From: Microcystis aeruginosa NIES-843
GTDB lineage: Bacteria; Cyanobacteriota; Cyanobacteriia; Cyanobacteriales; Microcystaceae
DNA: 32,000 nt
Reading direction: 5' to 3'
Assembly: GCF_000010625.1 (NCBI RefSeq)
Contig: NC_010296.1
Coordinates: 5,340,001 to 5,372,000 of the forward strand
Part shown: one piece after another, positions 24,189 to 32,000 of the stretch
Layout: the number at the start of each line of letters is the position of its first letter
Numbering within the stretch: position 1 is the stretch's first letter
Position numbers and translations under genes: made by a program
The notes under the pieces: model-generated
What the model saw: only the letters and a program-made list of their open reading frames with translations
What the model was told of the DNA's origin: nothing
Databases searched by the model: none

Positions 24189-24346
24189 TAAGTAGCTGGT
24201 TATAATTAAATTGAAGATGGATCCCCCCTTAATAAGGGGGGTGTCGATCCCTCCTTAATCCCCCCTTAATAAGGGGGGTGTCGATCCCCCCTTAATCCCC
24301 CCTTAATAAGGGGGGCATCTGACAGTTTTTAACACCTAACTACTTA
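24189..24346. mobile_element. G6/C6-hairpin MITE copy E (tandem hairpin modules)
   Basis: TAAGTAGCTGG...CCTAACTACTTA termini. Inside are about 2.5 tandem ~39-bp modules CCCCCCTTAATAAGGGGGGTGTCGATCCC(C/T)CCTTAAT. Confidence 0.8.
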
Positions 24347-24355
24347 GTAAGAACG

Positions 24356-24673
24356 ATGCTAAATCTATTTAACTCGCTTTTTGGGCGTTATAACGAGAAT
24401 ATCAAGGCCAATGTGGAAATTTATACTTGGGCAACTTGTCCCTACTGTATTCGGGCTAAATGGTTGCTGGGTTGGAAAGGGGTAAAATACACCGAATACA
24501 AGATTGATGGGGATGAAAGCGCTCGTCAAGCCATGGCCGAACGGTCCAACGGTAAACGCAGTGTACCACAGATTTTTATTAATAATGAACATATCGGTGG
24601 TTGTGATGATTTGTATGCTTTGGATGGTCAAAAAAAATTAGATAATTTATTGGCTAAATGTGGGACTATCTAA
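24356..24673 (+). CDS. grxC: Glutaredoxin (CPYC, Grx3 type)
   Basis: VEIYTWATCPYCIRAK ... RSVPQIFINNEHIGGCDDL. Confidence 0.9.
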   Translation: MLNLFNSLFGRYNENIKANVEIYTWATCPYCIRAKWLLGWKGVKYTEYKIDGDESARQAMAERSNGKRSVPQIFINNEHIGGCDDLYALDGQKKLDNLLAKCGTI

Positions 24674-25146
24674 AGTCTATTGATGAAAAAGCCTATGAGA
24701 AACATCGGCAATGGATGCAGTTAGCTTTAAATTTAGCGGCAACTGCGGGGGATCGGGGTGATGTACCTGTGGGAGCGGTTATCGTGGATAAACAGGGACA
24801 TTTAATCGCTCAAGGGGCTAATTGCAAGGAAAAACACCATGATCCCACCGCTCACGCCGAAATTCTGGCGATTCGTGCCGCTAGTCAAGTTTTAGGCAAT
24901 TGGCACTTAAATGATTGTACCCTCTACGTCACCCTCGAACCCTGTCCCATGTGTGCCGGGGCAATCATTCAGGCTAGATTAGGATTATTAGTGTACGGTG
25001 CTGACGATCCCAAAACAGGAGTTATCCGCACTGTGGCTAATTTTATAGATAGTCCTTTTTCTAACCATCGTTTACCGGTAATTGCGGGAATTTTAGCTAA
25101 GGAATCTGGGGAATTATTACAAACATGGTTTGAGAAAAAAAGATGA
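24658..25146 (+). CDS. tadA: tRNA adenosine(34) deaminase
   Basis: HAEILAIR and LEPCPMCAGAI zinc motifs. The start is either 24658 (16-nt overlap with grx) or the Met at 24715. Confidence 0.9.
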   Translation: MWDYLKSIDEKAYEKHRQWMQLALNLAATAGDRGDVPVGAVIVDKQGHLIAQGANCKEKHHDPTAHAEILAIRAASQVLGNWHLNDCTLYVTLEPCPMCAGAIIQARLGLLVYGADDPKTGVIRTVANFIDSPFSNHRLPVIAGILAKESGELLQTWFEKKR

Positions 25147-25173
25147 GAAAAATTTGAGTAATTATCGGGACGG

Positions 25174-25199
25174 TTGATAAATTTAGCTAAATTTATCAA
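25174..25199. promoter_or_regulatory. 26-bp perfect palindrome, candidate HigBA operator
   Basis: TTGATAAATTTA-GC-TAAATTTATCAA, 31 nt upstream of the higB ATG. HTH antitoxins commonly autoregulate via palindromes. Confidence 0.45.
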
Positions 25200-25230
25200 A
25201 TTATTGCCTTAGACATGACAAAAATAACCC

Positions 25231-25506
25231 ATGATTAAAAGCTTTCGATGTAAAGATACAGAAAAGCTATATAATAAGCAGTTTGTTAAAAAGTTTTCTG
25301 GGATTGAACGATTAGCGATCAAAAGATTGCGTATTTTAGAAAGTGCTAATACACTAGAAGCATTGGCAGGATTGCCGAGTAACCGCTTAGAACGTTTAAA
25401 AGGAGATAGAATCGGTCAATACAGTATTCGCATCAATGACCAGTATCGTATTTGTTTCTCATGGGATGATGCAGCTACTAATGTTGAAATTGTTGATTAT
25501 CATTAA
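25231..25506 (+). CDS. higB: HigB-type (RelE/ParE superfamily) toxin
   Basis: 91 aa. MIKSFRCKDTEKLYN ... RLERLKGDRIGQYSIRINDQYRICFSW matches the plasmid-maintenance killer HigB pattern. Confidence 0.85.
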   Translation: MIKSFRCKDTEKLYNKQFVKKFSGIERLAIKRLRILESANTLEALAGLPSNRLERLKGDRIGQYSIRINDQYRICFSWDDAATNVEIVDYH

Positions 25507-25518
25507 GGAGAATTCACG

Positions 25519-25821
25519 ATGAATAATTGGAAAAGTCCTATCCACCCCGGTGAAATTTTAGCTGATGAATTAGAGGAAATTAATCTTGATGTTTCTCAGC
25601 TTGCCACAAGAATTAATATCTCTGAGAATGAACTTGAGCAAATTCTCAAGGGACAAGGAAATATCACGGGAGATATTGCTTTAAAATTAGGGCGTTTTTT
25701 TAATACAGGAGCAGAAATTTGGATGAATTTACAAAAAGCCTATGAGTTAGATCTAGCGAGGGAAAAGTTAGGAAATACCCTCGAAAAAATTATTCCTTAT
25801 CAATCCCTGTCTTCAGGATAA
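25519..25821 (+). CDS. higA: HigA-type XRE-HTH antitoxin
   Basis: PIHPGEILADELEE...SQLATRINISENELEQILKGQGNITGDIALKLGRFFNTGAEIWMNLQ. Confidence 0.9.
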   Translation: MNNWKSPIHPGEILADELEEINLDVSQLATRINISENELEQILKGQGNITGDIALKLGRFFNTGAEIWMNLQKAYELDLAREKLGNTLEKIIPYQSLSSG

Positions 25822-26049
25822 ATTCTCTTGAATTCTATAATTATTCATTTGACATACTGGCTGCATCTCACATTTGCAGAAATAGCGACAATCAGCAATT
25901 ATCAGTCATCCCTAAACTGATACAAATGTATGAATAACCGCGTGTGGGAGTTAATCATACTGTTAACAGCAGACTAGCTGATCACCACCAGTTGCATTAA
26001 CTGGATCTTTTGCCAAAATGGAGTAAATATAGTAGCGGGGGGATGGTCA

Positions 26050-26325
26050 ATGACAGCACAGGAAGTATTAGAGTTAATTCAACAGGCAAAGGACGAAAGA
26101 GCGAGGGAGTTGGATCTGTCCAACAAAAACTTAACAGAAATTCCCCCCGAAATCCCTCAACTCACCTCCCTGCAAGAACTCAACCTCAACAGTAACCAAA
26201 TCAGGGAGATTCCAGAAGCGATCGCTCGACTCACCTCCCTGCAATCCCTCGACCTCATTAGTAACCAAATCAGGGAGATTCCAGAAGCGATCGCTCGACT
26301 TACCTCCCTGTGGGTCCTCTTTTAG
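26050..26325 (+). pseudogene. 5' fragment of a leucine-rich-repeat gene
   Basis: N-terminal helix plus 2.5 LRR units of 23 aa (LTSLQxLxLxSNQIREIPEAIAR). The units are encoded by 69-bp tandem repeats at 26162-26299. The frame ends at 26325 partway through the third unit. Confidence 0.6.
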
Positions 26326-26880
26326 TTTGCTCTGGACGGGTAAAATCAATGAAACGACCTTCAATCAGTTTTTAGAGGGTTTTTGGCGATCTATCACGAT
26401 TTTTAAAGGACAAGAACCAGAAACCAACAACGATGACACCCCCCAAGAAACCCCCCATCGGAGCAGTAAAGATTTGCTTACCACAGAAAAGTAACTTAGG
26501 CAAAAAAGTTTACAAATATTTAATATTGTCTCTCTTTTTGTCAAATAAGGACATGAAATTCCTTATTTGTTGAATCTAGTCGATGGTGAAATTAGAAGAA
26601 TGTTCAAACGCCACAAACTCTTAAGTGATATTGCACTCAAAATGAATCAAACATCTGACTCTATTGATCAAGAAGAATGGGATGAACGCGCATTTCGTCC
26701 ACAGCAAGTGTAGAATTATGTTATTCTAAATGCTTAATTGGTTGGTGAGTTAATTTTTTTAACTTCTCAGCCACTTCAACCCGATGACAACGATGATAAG
26801 TTCATAATTACCTCCTGTTCCTCTGTACTTGAATTATCCCTCAACTCTAAATTCTTGCACCAGAGCGTTTAAATCGAACC

Positions 26881-27444
26881 TCAAGAATTAAGAGGTCTTT
26901 GACATCGCTTGAGAACAAAAAAGAAAGGTTGGGGAGAGTTTTTAAAATCCATAATTCCCAGCACGGTATTATCATCTACTTTCCGAAAAGAGTCATTGAT
27001 GGGCAAATAATCATAAATCATCGTGGCGCTGACTTTGCCCCGATATTCCATCATTCGCAGTCTAGCCTGACTTGTCTCTGTTTTTAGCAAGGAGTTGGTC
27101 AGCATCAGCAAAGGTTTCAGAGAATTATTTTTGAGTATCGGCAGCTTCAAAATCCAGTTCATGGCCGTGGGATTGGGTGCCACCTTAAAAATTTTTCCCT
27201 GACCATCTAAAAATAACAGGGGGTGGACATTCTCAGTATCGACAAATTCTTTACCATACCAATTAGATGCTTCTAATAAACCATCCATTGGGTGATTTGT
27301 CTGAAGTCCAGAACCTTGCCAACGACCGAGCATAAAGTCTAAACTCACGGGGTCGAGAGCGTCAAACAATTGTAAAGCTATTTCTGTCGTCGTTTTACCA
27401 GCTTTAAGAATCGACTGGCAGCTTTCTAATTCTAATGTTTCCAT
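26881..27444 (-). CDS. GXWXG / DUF4334-type protein
   Basis: LGRWQGSGLQTNHPMDGLLEASNWYGKEF contains the GXWXG motif. The C-terminal half resembles DUF4334 from memory. I prefer ATG 27444 over the TTG at 27471. Confidence 0.7.
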   Translation of the reverse strand: METLELESCQSILKAGKTTTEIALQLFDALDPVSLDFMLGRWQGSGLQTNHPMDGLLEASNWYGKEFVDTENVHPLLFLDGQGKIFKVAPNPTAMNWILKLPILKNNSLKPLLMLTNSLLKTETSQARLRMMEYRGKVSATMIYDYLPINDSFRKVDDNTVLGIMDFKNSPQPFFFVLKRCQRPLNS

Positions 27445-27522
27445 TGTTTCACTCTTGTTGTGTCCTGACAATGATATTATAGCTTCTCAGCCAGAGGGTG
27501 GGGGATTGCCCCTCGGCTAAAA

Positions 27523-27966
27523 TCACCAAACATCCGACATATCTTCAGTCAATGGGTCATCGTATCGCCTTAAAGTTTCCAGCCATTCACTCATTTCTTC
27601 CTTGATGGTTTCTTTAAGTTCTTGCAAATCATCTTTATCTATTAGGCCTTTTTCCAGTAAGAAAGTGTAGAACTTTTTCAGACTACCTGCATTAGCCTTG
27701 ATGCTTGATTGACTGGCCCACAGGGCCTTTTTGATAAACCAATAACCCAAAAAGTCACTGACCATATCTACCCCGTCTTTGGCTTCTACGGCATCTTCAT
27801 AGAGTAAATATTCGTTGATATAAAAATCTATATTTGAAACATGATTATTAATGGTTTTTTCGGACAGGCCTGATGATTCTAGCCAACTCTCAAAATCCGT
27901 TAGTAATTCATGATTGGCTTTTCTTATCTTTTGACAGTCAGCCTCGTATTTCTGGGAATCATCCAT
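27523..27966 (-). CDS. Stand-alone phage-integrase N-terminal SAM-like (core-binding) domain protein
   Basis: FESWLESSGLSEKTINNHVSNIDFYINEYL and SQSSIKANAGSLKKFYTFLLEKGLI resemble the tyrosine-recombinase core-binding domain. No catalytic domain follows. I prefer ATG 27966, with GGAGGAGAG upstream, over the TTG at 28005. Confidence 0.55.
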   Translation of the reverse strand: MDDSQKYEADCQKIRKANHELLTDFESWLESSGLSEKTINNHVSNIDFYINEYLLYEDAVEAKDGVDMVSDFLGYWFIKKALWASQSSIKANAGSLKKFYTFLLEKGLIDKDDLQELKETIKEEMSEWLETLRRYDDPLTEDMSDVW

Positions 27967-28106
27967 CTCAAATTTCTCTCCTCCAAATCGCTGCTCGATG
28001 GTCAATAGGGTAATGAATCAAGTGTTTTTTTCCAAGCGTCTAAAGCCGCCATTTCCTCCTCAGGGTCAACCTCGGCCAACCGCCTGAATCGCCTTTCCCT
28101 TTTCTG

Positions 28107-28925
28107 CTAAATAGCTCCAACGATGTTAGACGCAATTTGCTCAATGATGGCGGCCACATCTTCTTCTGTATCTCGAGGTTGGGTTAATTCCACATCCGTT
28201 GAGAAGAGGCACATTTGAGCCCAGTCTAAGTTTTCCACTTCACACTGGTCAATCACCGAACTGGGGATGTTTTTCAGGGTGATGCTATCCCACTCAATGC
28301 CGATGAGATTGCTCTGCCGCTCAATTATCACAATTCTTCCTTGCCAACCACCGATGTCAGTCCCTAAATCTGGGTCAAGTACACCCTGTTTGACGATGAC
28401 CGAGTCGCCGACTTTGAAGGCAAACTCTGACTCGGAAAATTCGGGCGACAAGCTGGAGGCAACCGAGAGATGATACTCGCTTCCTAGCTCTTTTAACTCA
28501 AAATCCACAATCATCCGCTTGTTTTCCGAGAAATAACGGTTTTTCCTAGCGATTAGCTCGTCGATTAGCTCTTGAATATCCGCCTTGAGCCTTTTATCTC
28601 CTTTAAGAAGGTCTTTATTAAAAACTCGGTCTATCATCTCTTGCCGCTTTGACTCGGGGGACAACGCCAGATTCCAAGCGATTATCCCTATGGTCAGCAG
28701 TGTTCGCATAGATCCCTTTGTTTCATTGGATTCGCGGTAAGGCTCGATAAAATCCTCCAGAACTTCCGACATTGTGACTTCCCCAGAAGGAGAGACGACA
28801 ATTTCCTTGAAAGGCAAGGACTTTTCTCTTAATTTCTTCTCAAAGCTTTTCAAGGGTTTTTCGGATCCTTGGGACATTTTCTGCAGCCTGAGCAGTTCAC
28901 TAAATGCCTTCGATTTTTTAGCCAT
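28107..28925 (-). CDS. Hypothetical protein (272 aa)
   Basis: Long ORF with balanced composition. The C-terminal region VGDSVIVKQGVLDPDLGTDIGGWQGRIVII...IEWDSITLKNIP looks SH3/Tudor-like. No family assigned. Confidence 0.65.
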   Translation of the reverse strand: MAKKSKAFSELLRLQKMSQGSEKPLKSFEKKLREKSLPFKEIVVSPSGEVTMSEVLEDFIEPYRESNETKGSMRTLLTIGIIAWNLALSPESKRQEMIDRVFNKDLLKGDKRLKADIQELIDELIARKNRYFSENKRMIVDFELKELGSEYHLSVASSLSPEFSESEFAFKVGDSVIVKQGVLDPDLGTDIGGWQGRIVIIERQSNLIGIEWDSITLKNIPSSVIDQCEVENLDWAQMCLFSTDVELTQPRDTEEDVAAIIEQIASNIVGAI

Positions 28926-29070
28926 GATTGAGCGGGAAAATATGTGTTATTAATCCTGTTGGGTTGCTGAACAACATTGGAATAGGGGAATTGTAACTGC
29001 TCTCAGGGAGCGATTGCGCTCTCATTATTAAATCTTAAAGTTCTGGCCTGAGTCGTCAGCTGTTGACTGC

Positions 29071-29192
29071 TGAGTGGGTGGGTGGAATTAAATATAAAAT
29101 GAACGTAGGTTGGGTTGAAGCATGAAACCCAACGCCCGATTATGTTACGCTACCGCTAACCCATCCTACAAATAATTGTGCCTACCTACTTA
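29071..29192 (+). repeat. TAAGTAGG-type short repeat / MITE, copy Z (122 bp)
   Basis: Collinear with copy Y. The left terminus is degenerate (TGAGTGGGTGGGTGG) and the right terminus is GCCTACCTACTTA. Hairpin GTTGGGTT-GAAGCATGA-AACCCAAC at 29109-29133. Confidence 0.85.
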
Positions 29193-29290
29193 TCCGATAC
29201 CTTTTTGTTAACATAGATTAGCAATGCACTTTCAGAGATTCTCTTAAAATAGGGGATATCTCCTGCTCAAATCCCCCGCGGGGGAAAAAT

Positions 29291-30454
29291 ATGTCTCAAA
29301 AGCCGATTTATCTAGATTGCCACGCCACGACACCGATGGAGCCGCAAGTTCTGGCGGCGATGTTACCCTATTTTACCGAACACTTTGGTAATGCCAGTAG
29401 TATTAATCATGTCTATGGTTGGACAGCCGAGGCCGCGGTTAAACAGGCAAGAGAAACAATCGCCGCTGCTATTAATAGTAGTCCCGAAGAAATTATTTTT
29501 ACCAGTGGGGCAACGGAGGCCAATAACCTGGCTATCAAAGGGGTTGCCGAAGCTTATTTCGCCAAGGGACGGCATATAGTTACGGTGGTGACAGAACATC
29601 GGGCCGTTTTAGATCCCTGTCATTATCTGGAAAAATTGGGTTTTGAGGTGACAATTTTACCCGTCGGTGCTGATGGCCTAATTGACTTGGAACTACTAGA
29701 AAAATCTTTACGTCCTGACACGATTTTGCTGTCAATTATGGCCGCTAATAACGAGATTGGGGTGATTCAACCTTTAGCGGCAATTGGGGCGATTTGTCGC
29801 CAGTATCAGGTACTTTTTCATACGGACGCGGCCCAAGCAATCGGCAAAATTCCCCTAGATGTGGAGGAAATGAATATAGATCTAATGTCCTTAACTGCCC
29901 ACAAAGTCCACGGACCGAAGGGAATCGGTGCGCTGTACGTCCGGCGCCGGAACCCCAGAGTTCGTCTGGCCGCTCAAATTCAAGGGGGAGGCCAGGAAAA
30001 AGGACTGCGATCGGGTACAATATTTACACCGCAAATTGTCGGTTTTGCCAAGGCGGTAGAATTGGGCATCAAAGCGATAGAAGAAGATAACAGCCACTTA
30101 AATCAGTTAAAAGCCCGTTTATGGGAGATTATCAGTCAATTAGACAGAATTTATCTCAATGGTCATCCTAGCCAAAGATTAGCCGGAAATTTAAATATTA
30201 GTATTGAAGGGGTGGACGGTGCGGCGTTATTGTTAGGATTACAGCCAATAGTGGCGCTTTCCTCCGGTTCTGCCTGTTCTTCTAGCCATACCGCCCCCTC
30301 TCACGTTTTAACTGCCTTGGGTCGCCCCGAATCTCTCGCTTATGCCTCCCTGCGCTTCGGGTTGAGTCGTTTTAATACTTTAGAAGAAATTGAACTGGTG
30401 GGGGAACAGGTGGTTTTAACGGTTAATTCCCTCCGCAAAGCCAAAAATTTTTGA
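29291..30454 (+). CDS. iscS: Cysteine desulfurase, NifS/IscS class (PLP-dependent)
   Basis: FGNASSINHVYGW, TSGATEANNLAIKG, HKVHGPKGIGALYVRR (PLP lysine) and SSGSACSS (active-site Cys loop). Confidence 0.92.
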   Translation: MSQKPIYLDCHATTPMEPQVLAAMLPYFTEHFGNASSINHVYGWTAEAAVKQARETIAAAINSSPEEIIFTSGATEANNLAIKGVAEAYFAKGRHIVTVVTEHRAVLDPCHYLEKLGFEVTILPVGADGLIDLELLEKSLRPDTILLSIMAANNEIGVIQPLAAIGAICRQYQVLFHTDAAQAIGKIPLDVEEMNIDLMSLTAHKVHGPKGIGALYVRRRNPRVRLAAQIQGGGQEKGLRSGTIFTPQIVGFAKAVELGIKAIEEDNSHLNQLKARLWEIISQLDRIYLNGHPSQRLAGNLNISIEGVDGAALLLGLQPIVALSSGSACSSSHTAPSHVLTALGRPESLAYASLRFGLSRFNTLEEIELVGEQVVLTVNSLRKAKNF

Positions 30455-30516
30455 AGTTTCGGCTCCTATCCACAAGTTAGTTTCGGTCTAGGTTTGAAAA
30501 ATTCCGAAAAAGGTTT

Positions 30517-31989
30517 CTACGATTGCCTTTGACTAATTGCCGTGCCGGTTAATAACACTGATGCTTGGTTTTCAGTCCAGTGAATCATCCAACTCGGTTG
30601 TAATCCCAAAACAATAATAAATAAAGCCAAGGCAATTTCGGGAAATCTTTCGGGCCAGGTACTGCGAGGAATGCGCGATAATTCGGGGGTTAAACGACCA
30701 AAGAAAACCCGATTAATCATCAGGAGAAAATATACTGCGGTTAAACCACTAGCGACCAAACATAAGAGCGTTTGTATCGGAAAAATCGGGAAACTGCCCC
30801 GAAAGACCAAAAATTCGGCGATAAATCCCACCATTCCGGGGATGCCGGCGCTGGCCATGGCCGCTAAAATCATTAACATTCCCGTGATTGGTAAACCTCT
30901 TTCTGGATTTAATAAACCGCGTAGATAATCCACATCCCGGCTGCCGGTTTTTTTATACACCACTCCCACCAACAAAAATAACAAAGCGGAAATTAAACCG
31001 TGACTAATCATCTGCAAAATCGCCGCAGTGATGCTTAATCTGGTGGTGGCCGCCGCCGCTAGTAAAATATAGGCCATGTGGGAAATGGAAGAATAGGCGA
31101 CTACTTTTTTCATATCCTTTTGGGCAATAGCGCAACTGGCCCCGTAGAGGGCGCTGATAGCTGCTATTGTTGCTAACCAAGGGGCGAGAGTCACCCAAGC
31201 ATCAAGAAATAAACCGACTCCAAAGCGCAGCAGTCCATAGGTTCCTAATTTGAGTAATATTCCCGCTAAAAGCACAGAAACGGGGGTAGATGCTTCCACG
31301 TGGGCATCCGGTAGCCAAGTATGAAAGGGAAAAATCGGGATTTTGATGGCTAATCCAATCAGAAGGGGGATGAGGAGCAGTAATTGGGTTTTAACGTCTA
31401 AATTATTCGATAAAAGGGGGTTATAGGCGAAATTATCAGCACCGGTTAGCCAAACTAAGCCAAGGAAAGAGATTAGCACTAAAAAGCCGGAAATTGCCGT
31501 GTATAATAAAAATTTCATGCCCGCGTAACCGCGTCTTTGCCCCCCCCAAATGGCAATGAGAAAGTAAAGCGGGACGATTTCTAATTCGTAAAATAGGAAA
31601 AATAGCAGTAAATCCTGCGCTAGAAAGGCCCCCGCTACTCCGGCATTGAGTAACAAGAGCAGGGAATAGTAAAATTTCGGTCGGTTAACCTCTGTGCCAC
31701 TAGCATAAAGAGCAATTATTGTCAAGATGCTGTTAAGAAAAAGTAATGAGAATGACAATCCATCGACACCGAGGGCATAATTGAAACCGAGGAAATTAAT
31801 CCAAGGCAGGTTAACCGTGAACTGCATTTGCGGGTTACTAGGGTCAAATTGCCAGCCAAGGAGAATATTCAGCAGTAAGAGAACGACAGCAAGAGTTAGA
31901 GCTAATCCTCGCACTTTTTTCGCCTCTAGAGGCGTGTAGGCAATCAGTATCGCCCCTATAATCGGTAGCCAAATAAAAGCGTTGAGCAT
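30517..31989 (-). CDS. ndhD: NAD(P)H-quinone oxidoreductase subunit 4 (NdhD / NuoM family)
   Basis: 490-aa polytopic antiporter-like subunit. FFLFYELEIVPLYFLIAIWGG, HTWLPDAHVEASTPVSVLLAGILLK and SSISHMAYILL. The short length hints at a D3/D4-type paralog but the subtype is not resolvable here. Confidence 0.9.
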   Translation of the reverse strand: MLNAFIWLPIIGAILIAYTPLEAKKVRGLALTLAVVLLLLNILLGWQFDPSNPQMQFTVNLPWINFLGFNYALGVDGLSFSLLFLNSILTIIALYASGTEVNRPKFYYSLLLLLNAGVAGAFLAQDLLLFFLFYELEIVPLYFLIAIWGGQRRGYAGMKFLLYTAISGFLVLISFLGLVWLTGADNFAYNPLLSNNLDVKTQLLLLIPLLIGLAIKIPIFPFHTWLPDAHVEASTPVSVLLAGILLKLGTYGLLRFGVGLFLDAWVTLAPWLATIAAISALYGASCAIAQKDMKKVVAYSSISHMAYILLAAAATTRLSITAAILQMISHGLISALLFLLVGVVYKKTGSRDVDYLRGLLNPERGLPITGMLMILAAMASAGIPGMVGFIAEFLVFRGSFPIFPIQTLLCLVASGLTAVYFLLMINRVFFGRLTPELSRIPRSTWPERFPEIALALFIIVLGLQPSWMIHWTENQASVLLTGTAISQRQS

Positions 31990-32000
31990 TCTTTAATGGG

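Noticed and set aside
24200-24320. Possible CRISPR-like array of palindromic CCCCCCTTAATAAGGGGGG units
   Set aside because: The units are contiguous ~39-bp tandem modules with no unique spacers. They are bounded by MITE termini and recur as a dispersed family. No cas genes are present.
26010-26364. ORFs 26010-26195 (+) and 26131-26364 (-)
   Set aside because: They are frame-shifted or antisense readings of the LRR tandem repeats. Only the 26050 frame gives LRR consensus.
26542-26569. 10-bp perfect inverted repeat CAAATAAGGA-N8-TCCTTATTTG as a terminator
   Set aside because: No T-run follows on either strand, and no intact gene ends nearby. It probably belongs to decayed DNA in the islet.
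29363-30097. Five overlapping small ORFs inside the cysteine desulfurase gene
   Set aside because: All are alternative-frame or antisense to a gene with clear PLP and active-site motifs.

Overview
This looks like a chromosomal segment of a unicellular cyanobacterium. HIP1 octamers (GCGATCGC) occur throughout, psbA and ndhD are present, and there are STRR-like heptamer arrays. The overall look is Microcystis-like, but that is inference only. Ordinary housekeeping genes are psbA, a spoIID-like gene, fabZ, nagA, an aldo/keto reductase, 5-formyl-THF cyclo-ligase, grx, tadA, a cysteine desulfurase and ndhD. They are interleaved with very dense selfish DNA. Two complete IS elements (IS4 family and ISAs1 family) are nested 36 bp apart inside one MITE. 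At least four MITE or short-repeat families have about 15 copies in the window. There are four type II toxin-antitoxin loci: vapBC, hicB with a truncated hicA, a mazEF-like pair, and higBA. Several gene remnants are present: a TPR 3' end, an LRR 5' end and a 5'-truncated Coq4-like gene. The best candidate for an undescribed system is at 1979-5512 (minus strand). It pairs a membrane-anchored STAND-like P-loop NTPase with a 741-aa protein made of about 19-20 nearly identical TPR units. The two share one reading frame and are separated only by TAA-ATG. Variation between TPR units is confined to a few codons. The pair sits among TA modules and IS elements. Secondary curiosities are hairpin loops found in opposite orientation between copies of two repeat families, a 42-bp element made only of IS termini, MITE termini that coincide with stop codons, and heptamer-array elements directly upstream of four start codons. 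All functional calls rest on motif recognition by eye; no database search was run.
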